Positions 27,395-35,470 of a DNA stretch of 64,000 bases are shown here, one piece after another (position 1 is the stretch's first letter; each line of letters opens with the position of its first letter). The notes under the pieces are model-generated. The model was not told the DNA's origin. It did no database searches and saw nothing but the letters and a program-made list of their open reading frames with translations. Source of the stretch: Rickettsiales bacterium (GTDB lineage Bacteria > Pseudomonadota > Alphaproteobacteria > Rickettsiales > SXRF01); assembly GCA_033762715.1 (NCBI GenBank), contig JANRLL010000012.1, positions 27,113 to 91,112 on the forward strand, read 5' to 3'. Both the position numbers and the translations under genes were made by a program.

Positions 27395-29446
27395 GTGGCA
27401 AAAGAAGCGCCCCATATAGCCATTGTCGGTAGCGGTATCTCGGCTAATACCTTTGCTGAGGAGCTATTGGAGCGCGTCCAAAAAGACAAAAGCCTGCTTC
27501 CGCTGGAGCTGGATATTTATGAGGCTGGTGCGCAATTACAAAACGGCATCGCCTGGGACCCCTCCGGTCGTTATTTTCACCGCGAGACGATCTATTTTTC
27601 TACCGACTATATTAAAAAAGTTGCCGAAGCCATTCGGAACGATCCGTCATTGGTCAATGGCGATATGCGCCATCTCGATGTGGAGCGTCATGAAGTAAGC
27701 CGCGCCTTAAGCGGGAAAATGCGCAAACGACGAATGGAGCGCATGCTTGAAAATTTAGAAAGCGCTGGCGTAAAAATACATCGTCACACCAATTGTACGA
27801 TTGTAGATGTGCAGAAACAAGAGGATGGCTATAATCTGATTTCGGCCACCGGCAAACACTACCATGCCGATTATGCAACCATTGCCACCGGGCATTGGCA
27901 AGGCCAAGGCGCATTAAACAGCCACCCTGGTATATATGATTCCCCCTGGCCTGCCAGCAAACTCGAAGCCATTGACACTAATCAGTCCATTGCCGTGATG
28001 GGCACTAGTTTAAGTGCGGTCGACGCCATGCTAACCTTGGCCCATCAAGCAGGGCATTTTGAACGTGATGCCGATAATAAACTGCATTTTATTCCCAATC
28101 CCGAAAATCCCGCATTCGCACTTGAGGCCTATTCGCCGCATGGCATGCTGCCTGGGGGGAAAGGCAAAACCTTGGGGCTACGAAACATACTGTCTTCTAG
28201 CGCTATTGAGCGACTTAAAGACAAAGACGGCGTTATCTTACTGGATGCAGTATTTGCTGCCATGAGTAATGATTTCATGCGCTATTCGGGTGTTGATAAC
28301 AGTCCCATAACTGCTAAAATCAGGCGGACGCTCACTAAGCAGCCGCTAAAATTAGAAGATGCCGTCAACGCGGTATATGAGGCCTATGAGAAAACCGGAC
28401 CGACCGAATGGCTGCGCATACAATGTGATTTGGCGAAAGAATCCCGAAAAAACGACACTACTATTTCTTGGCAAAATTATTTAATCAACGCGATGTACGC
28501 GATAGATAAGGCTTACCCATATTTCAGCGCTGAAGATAAAGACCGCTTTTCAGAATATATCCAGCCGCTTTATATGAAACTGGCGGTGCCTATGGTGCAA
28601 GGTAATGCTGAAGAAATATTGGCGTTATTAGAAAGTGATCGCCTCCATGTGCATAGGCTAGGCAAACACCACTCATTGGGTACTGCGCGTAACGGCAATG
28701 ATAAGCTACCAGGCGCTGAGATCCGCTATACCGACCAGCAAGGCCATGAACATTACGCACATCATGCTGTAGTAATCAAAGCATCAGGCGATGATGCCCG
28801 CCAATTAAGGCATTCTTCTGAACTGATGAAAAATCTATTCGCTTCAGGCATAGTACAATCGCCTACGAGTGCCTATCACAACAGTTCGGCGGGAGCAAAG
28901 GCGCATATAGACGAGTTGAAATCAGGTGGCGCGCAACGTACTTTTTATAAAGATGGCCGTTACTACCGCGATGATGGCGGCATTCTAGTCGATCCGCATC
29001 GACTATCGGTTATACCCACTCAGGGGCCATCAAAAAAATCTAGTCGCCTCTATGTGATGGGACCACTTTTAGCAGCTAACATGCCGCTGCCACATGGAAC
29101 CATCTCACTTAATGATGCCGCTCATTCTATTTTAGACGATATCCAAAATGAGATCCTCACTGAGCGTTGGCAGGCACATGCTAATAAACCCACGCAAGAG
29201 CCAGAGGCTTTACTGGGTTTTACCCAAGTTACAAAACCCGATGGCAGCGATCATATGGTTGCGATTGTTAAAGAACGTGTAGGACTTGTGCAAACCACCG
29301 CCATCAAAGAATATGTGGCATCCCATACAGGTTATCATCCCAAGAATGTAGAAATTTCTACCTACGCTGAACTAGAGCCCACTGTGCAAGATCTGGTTGC
29401 TAATATGGGCGTTTTCCCGCAAGCTGCGCCCGGTCATTCGTACTAA
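27395..29446 (+). CDS. FAD/NAD(P)-binding domain protein of unknown function (NAD_binding_9-like)
   Basis: 683 aa, GTG start with an AAGGGA RBS. It has the N-terminal dinucleotide motif IAIVGSGISANTFA and a second motif IAVMGTSLSAVDAMLTLA. The C-terminal ~250 aa have no motif I recognise. Confidence 0.6.
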   Translation: MAKEAPHIAIVGSGISANTFAEELLERVQKDKSLLPLELDIYEAGAQLQNGIAWDPSGRYFHRETIYFSTDYIKKVAEAIRNDPSLVNGDMRHLDVERHEVSRALSGKMRKRRMERMLENLESAGVKIHRHTNCTIVDVQKQEDGYNLISATGKHYHADYATIATGHWQGQGALNSHPGIYDSPWPASKLEAIDTNQSIAVMGTSLSAVDAMLTLAHQAGHFERDADNKLHFIPNPENPAFALEAYSPHGMLPGGKGKTLGLRNILSSSAIERLKDKDGVILLDAVFAAMSNDFMRYSGVDNSPITAKIRRTLTKQPLKLEDAVNAVYEAYEKTGPTEWLRIQCDLAKESRKNDTTISWQNYLINAMYAIDKAYPYFSAEDKDRFSEYIQPLYMKLAVPMVQGNAEEILALLESDRLHVHRLGKHHSLGTARNGNDKLPGAEIRYTDQQGHEHYAHHAVVIKASGDDARQLRHSSELMKNLFASGIVQSPTSAYHNSSAGAKAHIDELKSGGAQRTFYKDGRYYRDDGGILVDPHRLSVIPTQGPSKKSSRLYVMGPLLAANMPLPHGTISLNDAAHSILDDIQNEILTERWQAHANKPTQEPEALLGFTQVTKPDGSDHMVAIVKERVGLVQTTAIKEYVASHTGYHPKNVEISTYAELEPTVQDLVANMGVFPQAAPGHSY

Positions 29447-29458
29447 AAGGCGCCGTTC

Positions 29459-30961
29459 ATGCTGTTTAATGAAGAGTTATTCATTACGCTTTTCCTGCCG
29501 ATATGGTTGATGGCATTTGGCCTTATAATCCCTCGCTCGAAGCGACTGGTCGCTCACAGCATCATTATTGTCGCCTCGCTGATTTTTTACAGCGCCTACG
29601 ACTACACCCTTACCTATGTGTTGCTGCTATCAATTGCAATCAATTACATCACCTGCCAGCGTATCCGCAGCAGTCTTTATGCTAAGCGCTATCTATACTT
29701 GAACCTGGCCTTTAACATCGGCACCCTCGCCTATTTTAAATATAGCTGCTTCCTGCTGGAAAACGCTGCCTTACTGCTGGCATTAAAGCCCACCGTTTGC
29801 GATGTTACCTTGCCACTGGGCATTTCGTTTTTCACCTTTCAGCAGATTGCTTTTTGCGTCGATAGCTACCGCAATCGCAACCAGCCCGTTCATGCCAGCA
29901 GCTATATGGCCTTTGTCACTTTCTTTCCGCATCTCATCGCTGGCCCCATTGTGCGCCGGAAGGATCTCTACGAGGCACTCGATAATGAAAGCTACCGGTT
30001 AAGCAGGCCCAACCTGGAAATAGGTCTTGCCTGTTTCCTCTATGGGTTTCTGCAAAAGGTGATGTTGGCCGATCCTCTGGCCATTATCGTCAATGCAAGT
30101 TTTACCACCGCCAATGAGCGGGTGCTTACATTTGCCGAAAGTATACTCGCGTCATTTGCCTTCACTGGTCAGATTTATTTTGATTTCAACGGTTATTCAA
30201 CCATGGCCATCGGTCTTGCCTGGATGATTGGTATTGCGCTGCCTAGCAACTTTGAAACACCTTACCGTTCGCGCTCCATCACCGATTTCTGGAAACGTTG
30301 GCACATCACGCTGGGCAGCTTCTTTCGCGATTATGTCTATATTCCCTTAGGCGGCAATCAACACGGATTACACCGCCAATGCCTTTTTTTGCTGATCACC
30401 ATGCTGCTGTGTGGCCTGTGGCATGGCGCTGGTTGGACCTTTATTCTTTGGGGTGTGCTCAATGGCATCGCATTGGTCACAGCCCTGCTCTATCGACGCT
30501 ATGTGCCGCTGCCTATACCCGCGCTTCTGGGTTGGCTGCTTACTTTTGTTTTTGTGGTGATGGGCTGGGTGCTATTTCGTGCCGAATCCTTTGCCAGCGC
30601 CATAAATGTATTTGTAGGATTCCTCGCCTGGGATACGCAAACCATCACTGCGTTTTCCGAGTCCTATAAGCAGGCAATCCGGCAAATCATTCCTTCTTCT
30701 TTTACCACAGAAGCTATTTTATTGCCGCAAGAGCTGATCCAAACCATCGCCTGTACCCATGTGGCCTTTGCCATGCTTGCCGCGCTGCTATTACCGTCGA
30801 GCACCCATATTATCATGCTCTATGACCGCCTAGTGCATAGCGGCAAACAGCAAGCCTATATTCTGCGCATCGCCTTGGCAGTGATAAGCGCCGTGGTGCT
30901 AGCCAAGCTCTTACAGATACAGTCTTACACCGCCGTCAACTTTATCTATTTCAATTTTTAG
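29459..30961 (+). CDS. MBOAT-family membrane-bound O-acyltransferase (AlgI/DltB/PatA-like)
   Basis: 500 aa and multi-TM. It has the GISFFTFQ motif, FWKRWHITLGSFFRDYVYIPLGGN and the conserved His in LCGLWHGAGW. Confidence 0.85.
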   Translation: MLFNEELFITLFLPIWLMAFGLIIPRSKRLVAHSIIIVASLIFYSAYDYTLTYVLLLSIAINYITCQRIRSSLYAKRYLYLNLAFNIGTLAYFKYSCFLLENAALLLALKPTVCDVTLPLGISFFTFQQIAFCVDSYRNRNQPVHASSYMAFVTFFPHLIAGPIVRRKDLYEALDNESYRLSRPNLEIGLACFLYGFLQKVMLADPLAIIVNASFTTANERVLTFAESILASFAFTGQIYFDFNGYSTMAIGLAWMIGIALPSNFETPYRSRSITDFWKRWHITLGSFFRDYVYIPLGGNQHGLHRQCLFLLITMLLCGLWHGAGWTFILWGVLNGIALVTALLYRRYVPLPIPALLGWLLTFVFVVMGWVLFRAESFASAINVFVGFLAWDTQTITAFSESYKQAIRQIIPSSFTTEAILLPQELIQTIACTHVAFAMLAALLLPSSTHIIMLYDRLVHSGKQQAYILRIALAVISAVVLAKLLQIQSYTAVNFIYFNF

Positions 30962-30962
30962 T

Positions 30963-31880
30963 ATGAAACAGTTGATCCCTTTATTGCTATTTACCGCGGT
31001 GCTGATGAGTCTGGAGCTGTCATCCTTTTCGCAGGCCATTCGCGCATCAAATGCCTGGCTACATGATAGCGATCATCGCCTACCGAATATTCGCGTAGCA
31101 CCGGTGCAATGCCGCCTAAGCTTTGTACGGGAATTTATTGAACTGCAACCCTGGACGGAACGTAAAACCATTGCCTTCTTTGGCGATTCTCATATGTTTG
31201 GCAATGGACACCCGCTGGAAAATACTATTCCCTACCTAGCCACCCCCAGCCCTTACCTGCCAATTAATTTATCCATCATTAATGCGCATCCAGACGACAT
31301 CGTCAATGTTCTAGAGCTATTAGAGTATAAGCAGATTAAACCTGACATGAGCATTGCCACCATCAAGCATACGCATTTTAAAAAGTTCCGATCCAAAGGT
31401 GGGGTAGAAACGCGAGTTAACCTGCTTAGCTACCTACCCTATAATCTGGGCTATTATTATTGCGCCGCGCGCTATCGCAATACCATTGAGCCTTATTTTA
31501 CAGAGCGGTTAAATAAACCAAGAGAAACCTATAGCCATATAGAACTCGGTGATCGCTATATGCAGATAAACGGCAAGGCCATTGATCGCTACCTGCCACC
31601 GATGTTGGAAAAATTATCTGAGACTAAAAGGCCAACGCTGGTCTATCTTCTGCCACATGCGTTGGAAGCATTTGATGAGTATGGATTTAACAAAAAGGAC
31701 TACCGTGAGATATCACGCTATTTAATGCAGCTTTGTACCCGTTATCGAGGCGTGGAATGCTTAGATTTATCAGAGCGCCTCACCTTGCCCTATTTTCACG
31801 ATGTAGCCCATCCCAACTCCAAGGGTATTCATGCAATCAGCGAACTATTGCAAACACGCATTCGCGCGTTACAACCCTAA
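30963..31880 (+). CDS. SGNH/GDSL-like hydrolase-fold protein (AlgJ/X- or PatB-like partner of MBOAT)
   Basis: 305 aa with an N-terminal signal/anchor. It has a block I-like FFGDSHMFGNG and a block V-like DVAHPNSKG. It lies 1 nt downstream of the MBOAT gene. Confidence 0.5.
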   Translation: MKQLIPLLLFTAVLMSLELSSFSQAIRASNAWLHDSDHRLPNIRVAPVQCRLSFVREFIELQPWTERKTIAFFGDSHMFGNGHPLENTIPYLATPSPYLPINLSIINAHPDDIVNVLELLEYKQIKPDMSIATIKHTHFKKFRSKGGVETRVNLLSYLPYNLGYYYCAARYRNTIEPYFTERLNKPRETYSHIELGDRYMQINGKAIDRYLPPMLEKLSETKRPTLVYLLPHALEAFDEYGFNKKDYREISRYLMQLCTRYRGVECLDLSERLTLPYFHDVAHPNSKGIHAISELLQTRIRALQP

Positions 31881-32470
31881 TCTTTCCAGAGGGTCTTGAG
31901 CTTTTCTTCACGGCCACTGCCGGTTTTATAAGCATTATAGCGCAACGGGTTCTTTTTATAATAATCCTGGTGATACTCTTCGGCCGGATAGAAAATGGCC
32001 GCTTTCGTAATGGCAGTGGCAATAGCAAGGCCTAATTTCTTTTGTTTGGCATCGCGTGATAGCTCGGCGGCGCGGCGCTGTTCTTCGCTGGTATAAAAAA
32101 TCTCGGTGCGATACTGGCTGCCGCGATCATAAAACTGACCGCCTGCATCCGTAGGATCAATATTACCCCAATAAATATCGAGCAATTTTTCATAGGTGAC
32201 AACAGCCGGATCATAAACCACCTCTATGGCTTCCGCATGTCCGGTGTGGCCACTGCTGACCTGCTCATAGGTAGGATTCTCGACCTGCCCGCCAATATAG
32301 CCTGATGTTACCGAAACCACTCCTGGGGTGCCTTGAAACTCTGCTTCCGTGCACCAAAAGCAGCCACCGGCAAAAATCGCACGTTCTGTTTTATTATCCA
32401 TGGCCAATGCGCCTCCTGGTAACGAGTTATAGGAAAAAAACCATAAGGTGAGGTAAATAAAAAATCGCAT
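31877..32470 (-). CDS. msrA: Peptide-methionine (S)-S-oxide reductase
   Basis: It has the GCFWC active site, HTGHAEAI, and a C-terminal EEYHQDYYKKNP. The ATG at 32470 adds a signal-peptide-like MRFFIYLTLWFFSYNSLPGGALA. The alternative ATG at 32401 is preceded by AGGAGG at 10 nt. Confidence 0.9.
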   Translation of the reverse strand: MRFFIYLTLWFFSYNSLPGGALAMDNKTERAIFAGGCFWCTEAEFQGTPGVVSVTSGYIGGQVENPTYEQVSSGHTGHAEAIEVVYDPAVVTYEKLLDIYWGNIDPTDAGGQFYDRGSQYRTEIFYTSEEQRRAAELSRDAKQKKLGLAIATAITKAAIFYPAEEYHQDYYKKNPLRYNAYKTGSGREEKLKTLWKD

Positions 32471-32480
32471 GGGTAACAAT

Positions 32481-32690
32481 CTATTTTCTAACAGCTAGAT
32501 CGACAATAAAGCGATCGGCCTGCTGCTTGTTTATGAGCTGCCCGTTCCAATTGAGCTGGGTATAGTCACCTGCGGAAATATAGCCTTCCTGCGCAACGTA
32601 GCGTTCAACGGCAAAGGCACCACGCTCCGGTATTGCCGTCACACGGTAAAGCTGGCGATCTAATACATAATATTCATATTGCGGTGCCAT
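32481..32690 (-). CDS. Small hypothetical protein (69-74 aa), candidate cognate partner of the upstream RelA/SpoT-like gene
   Basis: This ORF immediately follows, or overlaps, the 401-aa gene. The ATG at 32690 gives TAA-T-ATG spacing, and the GTG at 32705 gives a 14-nt overlap. I recognise no family for it. Confidence 0.45.
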   Translation of the reverse strand: MAPQYEYYVLDRQLYRVTAIPERGAFAVERYVAQEGYISAGDYTQLNWNGQLINKQQADRFIVDLAVRK

Positions 32691-32691
32691 A

Positions 32692-33897
32692 TTATCGTTT
32701 TGCACTCACTTTAGGTGGTTGCACATTATGTTCCAGCGCTTGATAAACCGCTTGCAAATCATCCGGCATTTTCTCAGCTGCATCGAGATGAATTTGCTTC
32801 GCTGCCGCTTCTAATTCTCGGTAGCGGTAGAAAAGCTTGAGCCCTTTAAAATCACCAATCTCCTTAGGTGAGAGCGGCGCGCGCTCAGCCGCGTTATGAC
32901 TTAAATACTTGGTCAACCAGTTATAGGTCTCTTTCATACGCTCCAGTGTCGCATTGCTAAAGTTATCGCCATGAATGACGGTTTCATTGCCAATCTTTTT
33001 CGACATGTCGCGCATCAACTCATACACGCGATGTGAGGTGCGATCAATTTCAGCCATCGAGCGCGGTAAGATTTGTACTTCGCACACACGATCATCCAGC
33101 AACATACATACCTTCATATCCATAAGGCCGCGCTTATTGACGGTCCAGCCTTCGGTCGACATGGGGCCACGCTCCGAAAAATAATCGCAGAGTTTCTGCG
33201 CCATTTCATCCGAATCCACCACAATGCGCACGCGATTTAAATCGGCAATATCGGAAAGGGTGAGTTTTTTGGTGCGGAGTTTTCGCTGCACGCTATCACG
33301 CGTTTTCGCGCCGTTTTCTTGCATGCACAAATAGTTGGGGCTGCGGCCTTCTTCTTGGAAACATTCATTGATATCATGGACATAATTATTGGGTGATCGA
33401 GAAATCGTATAGGATTTCTTACCTTCTATCTCGTCTTCGTGGATGGCAATTTGTTGCTGAGGATACTCGCGGTTAAATTGCTCAATCGCTTCGCGTAATT
33501 CGGGACTGAGTGTTAACGCTAGATTATTACGCACCTCATCAAATTCAGCACTTAAGCTATTTGATTCATCATTGTCCTTATCAAGGCGCTTGAGATATTC
33601 TCCACACGCGTCACGATTGCGCCGAAGCGGCACTACTTCTGTTTCATAATAGCGCTCCAGTGAACCGGTATTGGTAATATCGGTAGGAAGCTCTTGCGAA
33701 CGCAGAGCATCATCATTTTGATTTATGACCGCTAGGCGCGAGGCATACATGGCCCGGGCGCATAATTTAATCAGCTCTTTTTGGCGCGGCACGTTGTCTT
33801 GCATAAATTCATCGAGCGTTCGAATTCTGCCCTGCTCGGAGCTTTCCGCCAGCTGACGGTATGAAACATGATTGATATGCGGCTTACGCGAAGACAC
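32692..33897 (-). CDS. Hypothetical protein with a divergent RelA/SpoT (RSH)-like nucleotidyltransferase core
   Basis: 401 aa, GTG start. Residues ~197-297 read AKTRDSVQRKLRTKKLTLSDIADLNRVRIVVDS...RGLMDMKVCMLLDDRVCEVQILPRSMAEIDRTSHRVYE. This parallels the RSH synthetase motifs (RxKxxxSxxxK; DxxGxRhhh; EhQhRT). The call is by eye only. Confidence 0.5.
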   Translation of the reverse strand: MSSRKPHINHVSYRQLAESSEQGRIRTLDEFMQDNVPRQKELIKLCARAMYASRLAVINQNDDALRSQELPTDITNTGSLERYYETEVVPLRRNRDACGEYLKRLDKDNDESNSLSAEFDEVRNNLALTLSPELREAIEQFNREYPQQQIAIHEDEIEGKKSYTISRSPNNYVHDINECFQEEGRSPNYLCMQENGAKTRDSVQRKLRTKKLTLSDIADLNRVRIVVDSDEMAQKLCDYFSERGPMSTEGWTVNKRGLMDMKVCMLLDDRVCEVQILPRSMAEIDRTSHRVYELMRDMSKKIGNETVIHGDNFSNATLERMKETYNWLTKYLSHNAAERAPLSPKEIGDFKGLKLFYRYRELEAAAKQIHLDAAEKMPDDLQAVYQALEHNVQPPKVSAKR

Positions 33898-33968
33898 GAA
33901 TATTCTACCTAAATCTGTAGGGGTTACAAAACCGTATCAAAGAAAGACCGGTAATATTTTAAGCAGGT

Positions 33969-33997
33969 ATTATATAAAATTAGTTAATATCTGTCGA
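33969..33997 (-). promoter_or_regulatory. Sigma70-like promoter TCGACA-17 nt-TATAAT upstream of the RelA/SpoT-like gene
   Basis: On the minus strand, -35 TCGACA lies at 33997..33992 and -10 TATAAT at 33974..33969, with 17-nt spacing. It lies over the 3' end of the OMF gene, about 70 nt upstream of the GTG at 33897. Confidence 0.4.
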
Positions 33998-35470
33998 TGG
34001 GGTTTCTTGCACCGGCTTAGGCTCTTCCCAACCCCCACCCAGTGCGCGAATCAGGGTAATGGTGGCTACAAAACGCTGTAGCTGGGTCTGAATATAGACG
34101 CGCTCGGCTGCTACCGAATCACGCTGATTAATGACTAGATCTATATGATCCACATCACCTTCTTCAAAACGTTTTTTGATGAGTTCAAAACTACGTTTGG
34201 CGGCAATCGCCGATTGCTCAACTGTTTTAGATTGTTCGGCCAGTAATCGTTGATCGCTTAGGCTGTTTTCTGCATCACGGAATGCAACCAATACCTGCTG
34301 ACGGTACGTAGCGACAGCTTCTTCATAGGCCGCTTTAGCCGAATCGAGATTGCCAAAATTACGGCCGCTGTCAAATATCGGCATGGTGATCGCGCTGCCT
34401 GCGGTCTGGCCTAACGCCCAGCTGCGGCTCGACCATTGGAACAAATCACCCAGTTCTGTGGATTCCACACCGCCATTAGCGGTCAATGCAATGCGTGGGA
34501 AGAAGGCCGTACGGGCAACACCTATGCGCAAATTAGCAGCCTGCATGTTTGCCATGGCAGCAGCAATATCGGGGCGACGCGCCAAAAGCTCCGACGGCAG
34601 GCCAGCCGGAATCGCAGGCGGCACACCGTCTAATGGTTTTCCTTCCCAGCTAAATTCAGACGGCATTTTTCCAAGCAAGGTAGCCAGCATATTTTGCGTA
34701 GAGTTCCGCTCACGCTCGGTTGCGGTCAGTTCGGTTTTTGCCGTGGCCACATCCGCTTGTGTTTTAGCAAAATCGGACTCACTGACAGCGCCTAGCTCCA
34801 TCTTCTTTTGCATAATGCGCAGTTCTTCTTCGCGTTCGGCTAGAGTGTCGCGCAATAATATATATTGGCTATCGAGCGCACGCAGCATGTAATAATGTTG
34901 TGCCACATCAGCTTGCAGCGCCAACAAGACGCTGCGGTAATTAGCTTCCTGTGCCTGGGTATCAAACATATAAGCACGGTAGCCATCATGCACACGGCCT
35001 AATAAATCCAACTCATATGAAAGTACCCCACCGACGCTAAACATATTATAAGGCTTCAAAGTAGTGGCCTGGCCGCCAAAGGCAGCATTCGATGCATCAG
35101 CTGGCTTAGCGCGCACAGCATTAGCACCCACATCTAAATCAGGAATGAGACTTGGGCTTCTCGATTGTGCAAGTCCGCGTGCCTGTTCAACCCTGCTCGC
35201 TGCTATTTTAAGATTTGGGTTGGCTTCCGCTGCTTGCTTTTGCAAGTCATCGAGCGTGCTGTCTTGGAATATTTTCCACCACTGACCGCGATCTTCTTGT
35301 GCCAATGGCTCCAGCGCTTTCCACCGCCCCTGCTCTTGCAGGATATCTACTTGGGGCGCAACTTCTTTGAATTGCTCCGGCACCTTCATATCAGGCGCGA
35401 CAAAATCAGGCGCCAGGCTGCAGCTTGTCAGCATCGTCGTTACGGCAAAAAGATAGAGCGCCTTATGCAT
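33980..35470 (-). CDS. RND efflux outer-membrane factor lipoprotein (NodT/OprM family)
   Basis: 496 aa with a lipobox (LTSC). It has the two-repeat OMF pattern and the C-terminal LIRALGGGW. Confidence 0.9.
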   Translation of the reverse strand: MHKALYLFAVTTMLTSCSLAPDFVAPDMKVPEQFKEVAPQVDILQEQGRWKALEPLAQEDRGQWWKIFQDSTLDDLQKQAAEANPNLKIAASRVEQARGLAQSRSPSLIPDLDVGANAVRAKPADASNAAFGGQATTLKPYNMFSVGGVLSYELDLLGRVHDGYRAYMFDTQAQEANYRSVLLALQADVAQHYYMLRALDSQYILLRDTLAEREEELRIMQKKMELGAVSESDFAKTQADVATAKTELTATERERNSTQNMLATLLGKMPSEFSWEGKPLDGVPPAIPAGLPSELLARRPDIAAAMANMQAANLRIGVARTAFFPRIALTANGGVESTELGDLFQWSSRSWALGQTAGSAITMPIFDSGRNFGNLDSAKAAYEEAVATYRQQVLVAFRDAENSLSDQRLLAEQSKTVEQSAIAAKRSFELIKKRFEEGDVDHIDLVINQRDSVAAERVYIQTQLQRFVATITLIRALGGGWEEPKPVQETPSTDIN

